A DNA stretch of 64,000 nucleotides from an uncultured Alphaproteobacteria bacterium (GCA_902522465.1 CABYVV010000002.1:65764-129763), one strand, 5' to 3'. Positions 1 to 8,878 are shown, numbered from the stretch's first letter. Notes: generated by a model from the letters alone, not told the origin. Program-made: numbers and translations.

Positions 1-173
1 CAGAACTTATTTCATTGTATTCTTCTTTTAAAGATTCACCAGAATTTTGTATAAATAAAGTAACTTTATGACCAAGTTTTACTAGAACATGAGCAATAGA
101 GCAATTAATTATAAAGTCATTAGAATTGGTAGAAAGTACTAGAAGTCTTTTTTTTTGTTTGGATTTGAGACAT
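1..173 (-). CDS. Hypothetical protein, N-terminal fragment that runs off the window; weak LmbE/PIG-L-like pattern
   Basis: ATG is the complement of 171-173. The translation MSQIQTKKKRLLVLSTNSNDFIINCSIAHVLVKLGHKVTLFIQNSGE resembles the LmbE/PIG-L N-terminus (xLVLSPHPDDxxxGCGG...GHxV), but the HPDD metal motif is replaced by TNSND. It is co-directional with the glycan island. Confidence 0.3.
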
Positions 174-209
174 TTATTATGATTGAATTTTTCTAGAAGT
201 TTAAAATAC

Positions 210-872
210 CTATTTAATGACATAACTTATATAACTTGAATAGGGTAAAGTCTTTATGATGTTTGGTTTATTAGTGAAAAATTCATCAATAGCTTTGTTT
301 GCACCAGGAAAGGCACCATAATCGTCCAAGATCACCACCCCGTTTTTTACTAAATGAGGATAAAGAATATCTAGGCAGAGTTTAGTAGGTTCATACGTAT
401 CTACATCAATATGTAATAAAGAGATTTTTAAATGTTTATTTTCTTTTATAAACTTTGGAAGTGTTTTTAAAATATTTCCTTTTATTAAATCTAAATTATC
501 ATCAACCCCTAATTTTTTATAAATTCTTAATAATTCCTCTTTTTCAATAGATTGATTGCCAGCTTCATTAGTAAAACTTTTCAAATACTTTTTATCATCG
601 GATAAACATTTTTTAGGGAATTTTCCAAAAGTATCAAATGCTATTATCTTTTTTGATGATGAGTGTCCATAAAGTGCTCTTAGTTTTACGAATTGAGACA
701 AAGAAGATCCTTTAAAAACTCCACATTCAATTATTTCACCTGGGATAGCTTTTATTTTATTAAATAACTCAAATCTGCTAATTAGCTTACCAATTCTTTC
801 TACAGGTGCAGAAAGCATGTACGCGTTTTCGTAATCAAAATTATTTTTTATATTAACTACTTTTTTTTTCAT
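210..872 (-). CDS. Class I SAM-dependent O-methyltransferase, TylF/MycF (macrocin-O-methyltransferase) family
   Basis: 220-aa ORF. It has the 'IIECGVFKGSS' glycine-rich SAM loop and the 'LHIDVDTYEPT' and 'VVILDDYG' motifs typical of TylF-type sugar methyltransferases. Its start overlaps the upstream NeuB-like gene by 4 nt. Confidence 0.75.
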   Translation of the reverse strand: MKKKVVNIKNNFDYENAYMLSAPVERIGKLISRFELFNKIKAIPGEIIECGVFKGSSLSQFVKLRALYGHSSSKKIIAFDTFGKFPKKCLSDDKKYLKSFTNEAGNQSIEKEELLRIYKKLGVDDNLDLIKGNILKTLPKFIKENKHLKISLLHIDVDTYEPTKLCLDILYPHLVKNGVVILDDYGAFPGANKAIDEFFTNKPNIIKTLPYSSYISYVIK

Positions 873-1732
873 TTTACTAGTCTTAATTTATCCCTTATTT
901 TTTTTTCTGAATCATAAACTTTCTTAATTCCATCGCCCAAAGATTTTTCCAAAACTCTGATATCTCTGACTAATTTTTTCAAGCCTGTAGGCTCAAGAGA
1001 TGCAGCTTGATCAGTACCCCACATTGATCTGTCCAAGGTAAAGTGTCTTTCAATAAAACAAGCACCTAAAACGCATGCAGCCAAGGTAGTTTGAATTCCA
1101 AGCTCATGTCCAGAATAACCAATGGGATGGTCAAACTCTTCAATGAATTTTGGGATTACATTCAGATTAAGTTCCTCAGATTTACAAGGATATGCACTAG
1201 TAGAATGTGCAATCAGCAACTTTGTATTACTTAAAATTTCTTCTGCTTTTTTTATTTCCTTCATAGTAGACATTCCAGTTGAGAGAATTATAGCTTCTTT
1301 TAATTTAGAGTGTTCTTTTAAAAGTATGTTATCAGTTAAAGAAGCAGATGCAATTTTGTAGGCAACAGGATTAAAATATTTTATAAACTTTAGTGAGTCT
1401 AAGTCCCAGCAAGAAGCAAACCAGTCTATTCCTTTTTTTTTACAATATTTATCAATGAATATATAATCATCACTAGATAACTCAATTTTTTCCCTATACT
1501 CCAAGTAAGAGATTCTTCCCCATGGGGTATCTCTTTCAATTGATTTTTGTTCTTCGGGAACGCAAATTTGAGGAGTTCTTTTTTGAAATTTGACCGCATT
1601 AGCACCTGCTAAATGGGCCTCATCGATAAGCTTTTGCACTAATTTCATATCACCATTATGATTAATGCCAATTTCAGCAATAACATATATTGGATTGGAT
1701 TTACCAATTTTATGTTTACCAATTTTAATCAT
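869..1732 (-). CDS. neuB: NeuB-family nonulosonic (sialic/legionaminic/pseudaminic/KDN-type) acid synthase, short form
   Basis: 287-aa ORF. The N-terminus 'IYVIAEIGINHNGDMKLVQKLIDEAHLAGANAVKFQKR' and the later 'KIASASLTD' and 'YSGHELG' are NeuB TIM-barrel signatures. The ORF ends about 60 aa before canonical NeuB/PseI/LegI, so the SAF/antifreeze-like domain appears absent. The exact sugar specificity is not determinable. Confidence 0.85.
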   Translation of the reverse strand: MIKIGKHKIGKSNPIYVIAEIGINHNGDMKLVQKLIDEAHLAGANAVKFQKRTPQICVPEEQKSIERDTPWGRISYLEYREKIELSSDDYIFIDKYCKKKGIDWFASCWDLDSLKFIKYFNPVAYKIASASLTDNILLKEHSKLKEAIILSTGMSTMKEIKKAEEILSNTKLLIAHSTSAYPCKSEELNLNVIPKFIEEFDHPIGYSGHELGIQTTLAACVLGACFIERHFTLDRSMWGTDQAASLEPTGLKKLVRDIRVLEKSLGDGIKKVYDSEKKIRDKLRLVK

Positions 1733-2900
1733 TTACATTAGATAATATGATATTAGTTAATTCTCTAATAGCTCCATTACCTCCATTTTTTTTCAAAACG
1801 TGATCGACATTTTCCTTAATTAAACTTTCTGCATCATTAGGGCAAAAACTTACACCAACTTTTTGAATGCAATCAATGTCATTGACATCATTTCCTATAA
1901 AAATAACATCTTCATAAATAAGATTATTATTTTTTAACCAGTCATCTAGTATTTCTATTTTTTTACCATTGGTTTGAATACATTCAATATTTAATTTTGT
2001 CGCCCTTTTTTGAACCACGCGATTTCGTTCACTTGAAAGAATTAACAATTTGATATTTAAATTTTCTTTTAATTGTTTTAGCCCCATTCCATCGCTTCGT
2101 GAACACAAAACTAATTCATTACCATCTGAATCTAAATAGACTTTATTATTAGTATGTACTCCATCAAAATCCATTATCAATGCTTTTGGTTGGTTTATAA
2201 TTATTTTATTTTTAATAATAATATTTTTTAAATAAATTTCTGCTATTTCTGCATCTTGATAATCATTAATGTCTAACACCTTCTTTTTGTCTATTAAGAA
2301 TGGTTCACACTTACCGCAAAAACGATACTTATCTTTCAAAAAACTTTTTGTCCTCATAATATAAATTGAACCAGCTTCTAAATATTCTAATGGTCTTTTT
2401 TGTCTCATCAATCTTTTCCTTTGATCATGATTGATTCCTACAAACTTTTTATTGTTTTTTTTCCAAATAAAACCATCAAAAGACGTACATGCAAAGGTTG
2501 AATCAAGCTTATTTTTATTCAAATATTTTATTCCTTTTTCTATATCACAAAACGATATTAAGGGAGATGTACATTGTAAAAAAACAATAATATCCGGATT
2601 AATATTTTTTTTTTTATAATATTTTAGTGTATGAAGAATTGCGCTTTCAGACGATGAGTAGTCACTACTAATTTGTTTTGGTCTTTCAACAATATCTACA
2701 CAAAACCTTTTTGCAAAATCTTTGATTTCATTATCATCTGTTGATACAACTATCTTATCTACTGATTTAACTTTTTTTGACTCCTCTAATGTCCATTGTA
2801 ATAAAGGTTGTTTATTTACAATGTAAAGATTTTTTTTTTTAATTGATTTTGATCCACCTCTAGCAGGAATTATAATAAAAATATTATTTTTTTTTCTCAA
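1725..2900 (-). CDS. neuA: Bifunctional CMP-nonulosonate cytidylyltransferase (NeuA-like, N-terminal) fused to a KdsC-like HAD sugar-phosphate phosphatase (C-terminal)
   Basis: 391-aa ORF. The N-terminus 'IIIPARGGSKSIKKKNL' is the CMP-NeuAc/KDO synthetase P-loop-like motif. The C-terminal ~160 aa, 'LIMDFDGVHTNNKVYLDSDGNELVLCSRSDGMGLKQL...GNDVNDIDCIQKVGVSFCPNDA', matches C0-type HAD phosphatases (KdsC / KDN-9-P phosphatase). Confidence 0.85.
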   Translation of the reverse strand: MRKKNNIFIIIPARGGSKSIKKKNLYIVNKQPLLQWTLEESKKVKSVDKIVVSTDDNEIKDFAKRFCVDIVERPKQISSDYSSSESAILHTLKYYKKKNINPDIIVFLQCTSPLISFCDIEKGIKYLNKNKLDSTFACTSFDGFIWKKNNKKFVGINHDQRKRLMRQKRPLEYLEAGSIYIMRTKSFLKDKYRFCGKCEPFLIDKKKVLDINDYQDAEIAEIYLKNIIIKNKIIINQPKALIMDFDGVHTNNKVYLDSDGNELVLCSRSDGMGLKQLKENLNIKLLILSSERNRVVQKRATKLNIECIQTNGKKIEILDDWLKNNNLIYEDVIFIGNDVNDIDCIQKVGVSFCPNDAESLIKENVDHVLKKNGGNGAIRELTNIILSNVND

Positions 2901-2961
2901 TATTATTTCTCTTCTTTTTATCTTTTATTTATTTCATAATAATAGATTTCTATTTAAACAA

Positions 2962-4281
2962 TTATTTTTTTTTAGAAAAAATATATTCTGAAACTGAATC
3001 TACTACATAATCAAGCATTTGATTATCTGAGCCAGGAAAAACGCCTAACCAAAAAGTATCAAATAGAATTTTTTCTGTATTTTCTAATTTCCCTGAAACT
3101 TTATAAGTTTGACCAATCATATAAGGTTGTTTTAAAATATTTCCTGCAAATAAAAGTCTTGAATGAATATTTTTTTGCTCTAGGTATTTAATTAATTCAT
3201 TTCTGTTAAAATATTTGCTATTTCTAATGGTCAATGGGAACCCAAACCATGAAGGTTCAGTATTAATTGTTTTTCTTGGTAAAATAAAAAATTCTTCTAG
3301 ATCTTTAAATCTTTTTTGCAAATAATTAAAATTGTAGTTCCTTTTTTCAATAAAATTATTAAGTTTTTTTAGCTGTCCTAAACCACATGCTGCTTGCATA
3401 TCTGTAATTTTAAGATTAAATCCTAAATTTGAATAAATATATTTATGATCATAACCTTCTGGAAGATTTCCAAGTTTCCAGCAAAATCTTCGTCCACATG
3501 AGTTGTCTTTACCTGGAGCACAAAAACAATCTCTACCCCAATCTCTAATTGATTCTGCAATTTTCTTTAATTTGATATTATTGGTAAAAACTGCGCCTCC
3601 TTCTCCCATTGTAATGTGGTGAGCTGGATAAAAACTTAAAGTACCAAAGTCTCCAAAAGTACCAACATATTGACCGTTAAATTTTGAACCGAGTGCGTCA
3701 CAAGAATCCTCAATTAGCCATAAATTATATTTTTTGCAAATTTTTACTATAGTCTCTAAATTAAACGGATTTCCGAGAGTATGAGCAAGCATTATGGCCT
3801 TAGTTTTTTTTGTTATTGCACTTTCTATTTTTTCTTCGTCAATATTGTAATTTCCCATTTTAACATCTACAAAAACTGGAACAGCCTTATATAAAAGTAT
3901 TGGATTAATTGTTGTTGGAAAACCTGCAGCGACAGTAATCACCTCATCTCCTGCTTTGATTGCTTTTGAACCAAGTTTAGGTGAAGTAAGACTAGCAAAA
4001 GCAATTAAATTTGCTGAAGATCCTGAATTCACAGTTAATAAATAATTTGTATTAAGAAATGCAGACAATTTCTTTTCAAACTCCAAGTTAAATCTTCCGG
4101 TAGTTAAATGACCATCCAAAGCTGCATTAACCATATTAACTGTTTCTTCATGATCTAAAACTTTTCCAGAAACTAGGACTTTATCAAATCCTGGAGTAAA
4201 AGATTTTTTTGCATATTTAATATTCGAATAATGAATTACTAAATCTGAAATTTTCTTTCTTATGTCATCTAAGTGTTCCAT
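2962..4281 (-). CDS. rfbH: CDP-4-keto-6-deoxy-D-glucose 3-dehydrase (E1; RfbH/DdhC/AscC type), PMP- and [2Fe-2S]-dependent
   Basis: 439-aa DegT/DnrJ/EryC1-fold protein. The PLP-lysine position reads 'SFYPAHHITMGEGG', a Lys-to-His change as in E1 and ColD. Cys194-X57-Cys252-X1-Cys254-X7-Cys262 exactly reproduces the E1 iron-sulfur motif. I counted the spacing by hand from the translation. Confidence 0.85.
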   Translation of the reverse strand: MEHLDDIRKKISDLVIHYSNIKYAKKSFTPGFDKVLVSGKVLDHEETVNMVNAALDGHLTTGRFNLEFEKKLSAFLNTNYLLTVNSGSSANLIAFASLTSPKLGSKAIKAGDEVITVAAGFPTTINPILLYKAVPVFVDVKMGNYNIDEEKIESAITKKTKAIMLAHTLGNPFNLETIVKICKKYNLWLIEDSCDALGSKFNGQYVGTFGDFGTLSFYPAHHITMGEGGAVFTNNIKLKKIAESIRDWGRDCFCAPGKDNSCGRRFCWKLGNLPEGYDHKYIYSNLGFNLKITDMQAACGLGQLKKLNNFIEKRNYNFNYLQKRFKDLEEFFILPRKTINTEPSWFGFPLTIRNSKYFNRNELIKYLEQKNIHSRLLFAGNILKQPYMIGQTYKVSGKLENTEKILFDTFWLGVFPGSDNQMLDYVVDSVSEYIFSKKK

Positions 4282-4284
4282 TAA

Positions 4285-5424
4285 CTAATCTAAATTAATT
4301 TGAAATGGAAAGTTTGGAATCTGGATGATATTAGTAAGACTATCAAATAAATCTACTCTAATCTTCTCTGAAAAGTTATTAGATACATAAATTTGTAGAT
4401 AATTAATACACATTGTTACTTTAAGAATAAGATCTTTTCTGTCCTTAATATCTTTGAGAAAATTTTCAGTTTTTAGTAATCTACATAAATTGTTTGTGAG
4501 AATGTTTATATGACTATTTATTTCATCTGCATCAGTGCTTGTATGAACGTAATGAGGTAAAGATTTAAAAGTTGTAAATATTAAATGATCCCATAAATAA
4601 TATGTTTGATATCTGAAAAAAGAAAGACTTAAGCTCTGTGGTTTGAGAATTTTTAGATTTATTAGATTCTCAATATCATCAATTACATGGAAATATCTCC
4701 ATATCATGTTTTCTTCCAACCATCTTTTCTGTGTTTCTTCTGTCTGAGATTCGTCTTGGGTTTCAACCAAACCAATATCATAGAACAATCCTTTTTTATC
4801 ATGAGAATGTTTTAGAATTGATGCTGAATGAGGGTATGCCGAAGTTATTGAATCTTCAACATTATTATATTGAGTTTTAACAGATTGAGCAAAATCATCA
4901 AAAACCTTTTTAAAAGTTTGACCTTTTAAAATAATACTCGAAATCCAACCTAACATTTCATGATATCCAAACCTATTACAAAGATTAAAGACTTTATCAA
5001 TATATACTTTGGAGGTATTTTTAGATCTTTTCTTTTCACAAATACAAATAAACTCTAGATCGTTTGTATAATTTTTTTTCAAACACTCAAAGATTTTTTG
5101 AAGTGAATTATCCTCTGATAATTTATCATCATCTCCCATAAACCAAACCCATTCAATATCTGGGGATATGATTTTATTAAGATAAAATATATTAGGTTTG
5201 ATGAACTGATTCTCAGGTTTATTATAAATTTTTAAATTACTTCTTTTTTGAGTCTCTTTTTCTAAAAATTCACTTGTTCCATCAGTAGAAGCAATATTTG
5301 AAATAAATAAGGACAATTCTAAATCTTTACAAAAAATTTGATTATCTATCGAATTCAATAAAACTTTTAGTCTTTCTAGTCTGTTATATGTAGGAATTGC
5401 AATTGCAAGTTTAATTTTATTCAT
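4285..5424 (-). CDS. Glycosyltransferase family 2-like protein with an uncharacterised C-terminal domain
   Basis: 379-aa ORF. The N-terminus 'LAIAIPTYNRLERLKVLLNSIDNQ ... ISNIASTDGTSEFL' follows the GT2 pattern (PTYN...DxxSTDxT). The last ~200 aa have no motif I recognise. Confidence 0.6.
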   Translation of the reverse strand: MNKIKLAIAIPTYNRLERLKVLLNSIDNQIFCKDLELSLFISNIASTDGTSEFLEKETQKRSNLKIYNKPENQFIKPNIFYLNKIISPDIEWVWFMGDDDKLSEDNSLQKIFECLKKNYTNDLEFICICEKKRSKNTSKVYIDKVFNLCNRFGYHEMLGWISSIILKGQTFKKVFDDFAQSVKTQYNNVEDSITSAYPHSASILKHSHDKKGLFYDIGLVETQDESQTEETQKRWLEENMIWRYFHVIDDIENLINLKILKPQSLSLSFFRYQTYYLWDHLIFTTFKSLPHYVHTSTDADEINSHINILTNNLCRLLKTENFLKDIKDRKDLILKVTMCINYLQIYVSNNFSEKIRVDLFDSLTNIIQIPNFPFQINLD

Positions 5425-5547
5425 TTTTTTCTTTGCTAAAATTTAATAACATAAATTTACAGCAAAAGTTATGCCACACTTGCCTAATTAGAATAATACA
5501 ATTTTCTTCAATCACTTAACACTGATCTCTAATAATTTAAAATAAGG

Positions 5548-7185
5548 TTAAAGTTTATCAGCTAAATTATTAATGATACTTTTCCATTCTCTTTCATTAT
5601 TTTGCCTTAAGAGTTCAACAGATTGATACCACTCTGTTTTTTTTTCTTTTAAGCCCCATCTCCAGTCAGGAACGTTTGAAATTAGAACTTTGGTTGGTGT
5701 GCCAATTGTACCTGAGATATGAGCTAAGGAAGTATCCACAGTTATTACCTCATCTAATCTAGAAACTATGATTGCAGTATCTATCCAGTTACTTATGAGC
5801 TTATCACATAATATGACATTTTTAAATTTTCTCAGCAAATCACGTTCCTTTTTAGAAATTTCTTTGTCTATAACTAAAAAAGTAATTTTCTTATTTTTAA
5901 AAATTCTACTAAAAAGTTCTAAATCAATAGATCTTGATTCATCAAATAGGTGTTTTTTATTACCCTTCCAGGACACACCAATAATTCTACCTTTTTGTTT
6001 AAACTTTCCTAATTTTTGAATGAGCTCTTCTTTATTTTTTTCTATTTTTTTAAAATTAAACTTAATAGGTGCAGGAGGTTTATCTATCAGATCAAGAATA
6101 AAAGGCAAATTGAGTACAATTGTTTTAAAATCAAAATTTTCTATTTCTTTATTATCAATTTTTTTTATAAATCTTATTTTTTCGCTACCTTCACAACATT
6201 TTAAAAGTGATACAATAGATTCTTTTGGTGCAATAGTTGTAATGGAATGACCCATTTCTTGCAGATAGGGTAAATATCTAAAGAAATTGATGACATCACC
6301 AAAACCTTGTTCCATGAAAACCAAAATTTTATATGATTTTTTTGTCTTAATATGTAACTTATTTAAGTCTTCTAAATCCTCAATTTCTTTTACGTAATTA
6401 TTATTTTCGATTTTTTTCGTATCAATGACATTGTATAAATTTATTCTTCTTGAAGAATTTAATTGATTATATAATTTATAACCCTCAAATCTTTTACCTA
6501 TTCTTAAATAAAAAATAGCTATATCAACCATAATTTCATTGTCATCTGAATAAAGTTTTAAGGCTTTTTTATATATTTCTTCTGCCTCTTCATATCTTGA
6601 TTCCTCTTGTAATAGTGATGCCAAAAGCATAAAATATCTTTTGTGTTTGGGGTTAATTTGTTGAGCAGTTGATAAACACAATTTAGTCATTTGAAGATTT
6701 CTTGTTAAAAAGTAACAAAAACCTAGATCCAACCAGTAAGAGCATTCATGTGGATTTTTCTTTACCGATTTTTCTAAGAAACTTAATGCTTTATATTTTT
6801 CTCCATTGAAAAGTAAATCTTTTCCAATTAGATTCAAAAAAAAAGGATCTTCGGGATGGTATTTAATAGCATTTTTAACAGCATCTGCCATTTTGAAATC
6901 GAACTTTAATTTTATTAGAATTTGAATATAAAGATGATGTGCTGAATGAAATCTTGGTTCATTCTTTATAATATATTCTAATCTTTTGACTGCGTCTATG
7001 ATGTTTCCCTTTGAAAAATCATAAGAGGCAATTGTAAGATTTCCAATATCAAATTTTTTTTTGTTTGTGTACTTATCATAAAAATAATCAAAGCCTTTTA
7101 ATTTTACTGAATTAAAATTTGATTTGTCTCTGATTGACTTTACAAAGTTAGTAATGATTTCAGAATGCGAATTTCTTAGTTCCAT
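5548..7185 (-). CDS. TPR-repeat protein with a C-terminal GT9-like (heptosyltransferase-fold, GT-B) glycosyltransferase domain
   Basis: 545-aa ORF. The N-terminal ~250 aa are TPR-like helical repeats. The C-terminus has 'FMEQGFGDVINFFRYLPYL' and 'VDTSLAHISGTIGTPTKVLISNVPDWRWG...EWYQSVELLRQ', typical of alphaproteobacterial TPR-GT9 proteins. Confidence 0.75.
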   Translation of the reverse strand: MELRNSHSEIITNFVKSIRDKSNFNSVKLKGFDYFYDKYTNKKKFDIGNLTIASYDFSKGNIIDAVKRLEYIIKNEPRFHSAHHLYIQILIKLKFDFKMADAVKNAIKYHPEDPFFLNLIGKDLLFNGEKYKALSFLEKSVKKNPHECSYWLDLGFCYFLTRNLQMTKLCLSTAQQINPKHKRYFMLLASLLQEESRYEEAEEIYKKALKLYSDDNEIMVDIAIFYLRIGKRFEGYKLYNQLNSSRRINLYNVIDTKKIENNNYVKEIEDLEDLNKLHIKTKKSYKILVFMEQGFGDVINFFRYLPYLQEMGHSITTIAPKESIVSLLKCCEGSEKIRFIKKIDNKEIENFDFKTIVLNLPFILDLIDKPPAPIKFNFKKIEKNKEELIQKLGKFKQKGRIIGVSWKGNKKHLFDESRSIDLELFSRIFKNKKITFLVIDKEISKKERDLLRKFKNVILCDKLISNWIDTAIIVSRLDEVITVDTSLAHISGTIGTPTKVLISNVPDWRWGLKEKKTEWYQSVELLRQNNEREWKSIINNLADKL

Positions 7186-7280
7186 CTTTTAATTATTTAT
7201 GATTTTATATTCAGTAAGACAAATACAAATTTTGTGCCAATAGAAAATAGAATTTATTTGATGAAAAATAATGATAAAGA

Positions 7281-8477
7281 TTAGAATTTTGTTTTTTCGT
7301 GAAATCCTTTTGAAGCTAACAAACATAAAAGTAGATAGTAGCTCCCCTGCCACCATTCTAACCAAAAAGAGAAATTAACCAAGGAAGCTCCCCAAAAGTA
7401 TGCATTTAAAAAAATAAGGAAAATGTGAAAATTTACAGAATTATTTATTTTGAAAATTCTAAAATTTATCAAAAATAGGAATAAAACAAATAAAGTTGTT
7501 CCAATTAAACCTGTCTCTAATAGAAGTTCAAAAAAGAAATTATGAGGATGGCTGGGAATAAAATTCATATCTCCAGTAAATTTAATTCCAATATCCTCTT
7601 GACTTCCTTCAATAAAATTTGATGAGTCTGGACCATATCCAAATAACGGTTTGTTCTTAAATTTATCAAATGTAAAACCCCAAATAATTTGCCGATGAGC
7701 ATCAACTATATTGAGTGGTATTTTATATTCAAAATTAGTCATATAATTTTTATCAAATCTATTTGGTAAATTACTTATAAAAATATTTGTAAGGAAAATT
7801 ACTATTGAAAATGAAATAAAAATTATCGAATTTTTGTAAAATGATGATTTTACATATTTTTTGAATAAAAAATAAATTATACAAAACATAGTCCCTACTA
7901 ACAAGCCAAGAAGGCTAGAAGCTGATCCAGTCATAAAAATGTTAGGAATTAGAAGAACAGAAGAAATTAAATTTAGTTTAGATTTAAAGAAGTATAAATT
8001 TAAAATTGTTATCAAAGAGATAATATTCATATAACCTTTAAACATAACTAGTTCATTTGAATTATAATTGACAATGTTATAGGTAAAGATAAGTACTGAG
8101 TTAAAAAGAATACTTAAAGATAGTGTTTTGAATAAAAGTTCTAAATTACTTTTATTTCGATGAAAAATCAAAAATGTCAAAAAAGAGAAAAAAAGAAATA
8201 TAATGAGATAAATTAAAACTGAAAAAGATCTATTTATTTCAATAGAATTAATTGAGGAAAATAAAAATGATATAAAAAAAAAACAAATTAGATAAACATC
8301 AAAGGTTTTTGTTTGCTTAATAACCTTCTTTAATTCTTTTATGATTAGACTTTTATTAGTTGCTAATAAAATTAAAATACCTAAGCCAACGGAAATACCA
8401 AATGCAATTTTATTTATGATCAAGAATGTAAAAGAAAATCCAATTAAAATTATTGAGTACCCTGAAAAATTTTTCAT
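7281..8477 (-). CDS. O-antigen ligase / polymerase-like (WaaL/Wzy_C family) polytopic membrane protein
   Basis: 398-aa highly hydrophobic ORF with about 10 predicted TM segments. The periplasmic-loop motif 'IPSHPHNFFFELLLETGLIG' matches the Wzy_C/O-antigen ligase signature (HxHNxxLexxxexG). Confidence 0.7.
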   Translation of the reverse strand: MKNFSGYSIILIGFSFTFLIINKIAFGISVGLGILILLATNKSLIIKELKKVIKQTKTFDVYLICFFFISFLFSSINSIEINRSFSVLIYLIIFLFFSFLTFLIFHRNKSNLELLFKTLSLSILFNSVLIFTYNIVNYNSNELVMFKGYMNIISLITILNLYFFKSKLNLISSVLLIPNIFMTGSASSLLGLLVGTMFCIIYFLFKKYVKSSFYKNSIIFISFSIVIFLTNIFISNLPNRFDKNYMTNFEYKIPLNIVDAHRQIIWGFTFDKFKNKPLFGYGPDSSNFIEGSQEDIGIKFTGDMNFIPSHPHNFFFELLLETGLIGTTLFVLFLFLINFRIFKINNSVNFHIFLIFLNAYFWGASLVNFSFWLEWWQGSYYLLLCLLASKGFHEKTKF

Positions 8478-8484
8478 TATGATA

Positions 8485-8736
8485 TTAAAAAATAATAATA
8501 ATTATTATCCATCCAATAAATATTGAAACCAATACGAAAACAAATACCTTAAATATTGAATTTAAACGAGTTAAAAGTTTTTCTTTACTGAATCTTGAAA
8601 AAAAAAAAACAATTAATTTTCTTAAATTATTTATTATTAATAGGACAAATGCTCCTATAAAAAAATAAAAAATTAATTTTAAAATATTGAAGTAGAAGCC
8701 AATCTCTTTTTGCCATTCAGCAATTATGTCCAGCAT
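8485..8736 (-). CDS. Small hypothetical membrane protein
   Basis: 83-aa ORF with two hydrophobic stretches. It sits directly upstream of the WaaL-like gene and is co-directional with it. I recognise no motif. Confidence 0.4.
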   Translation of the reverse strand: MLDIIAEWQKEIGFYFNILKLIFYFFIGAFVLLIINNLRKLIVFFFSRFSKEKLLTRLNSIFKVFVFVLVSIFIGWIIIIIIF

Positions 8737-8737
8737 G

Positions 8738-8878
8738 TCAGGAATTTATTGAGTTTTGCTCACAGGTTGAGCAAATCTGATAGTCAATTGATCTTTTTGG
8801 ATATATAGTATTTATTTCGTCTGAGTACACCCAGAAGACTGAGCCACATTTTTGGCACTCAATCCAGAGTTTCTCCAT
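8738..8878 (-). CDS. Unannotated small zinc-ribbon-like protein (46 aa)
   Basis: Hand translation of the minus strand gives MEKLWIECQKCGSVFWVYSDEINTIYPKRSIDYQICSTCEQNSINS, with two CxxC pairs (CQKC...CSTC). It fills the gap next to the 83-aa ORF. It is below the size cut-off of the ORF track. Confidence 0.4.
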   Translation of the reverse strand: MEKLWIECQKCGSVFWVYSDEINTIYPKRSIDYQICSTCEQNSINS

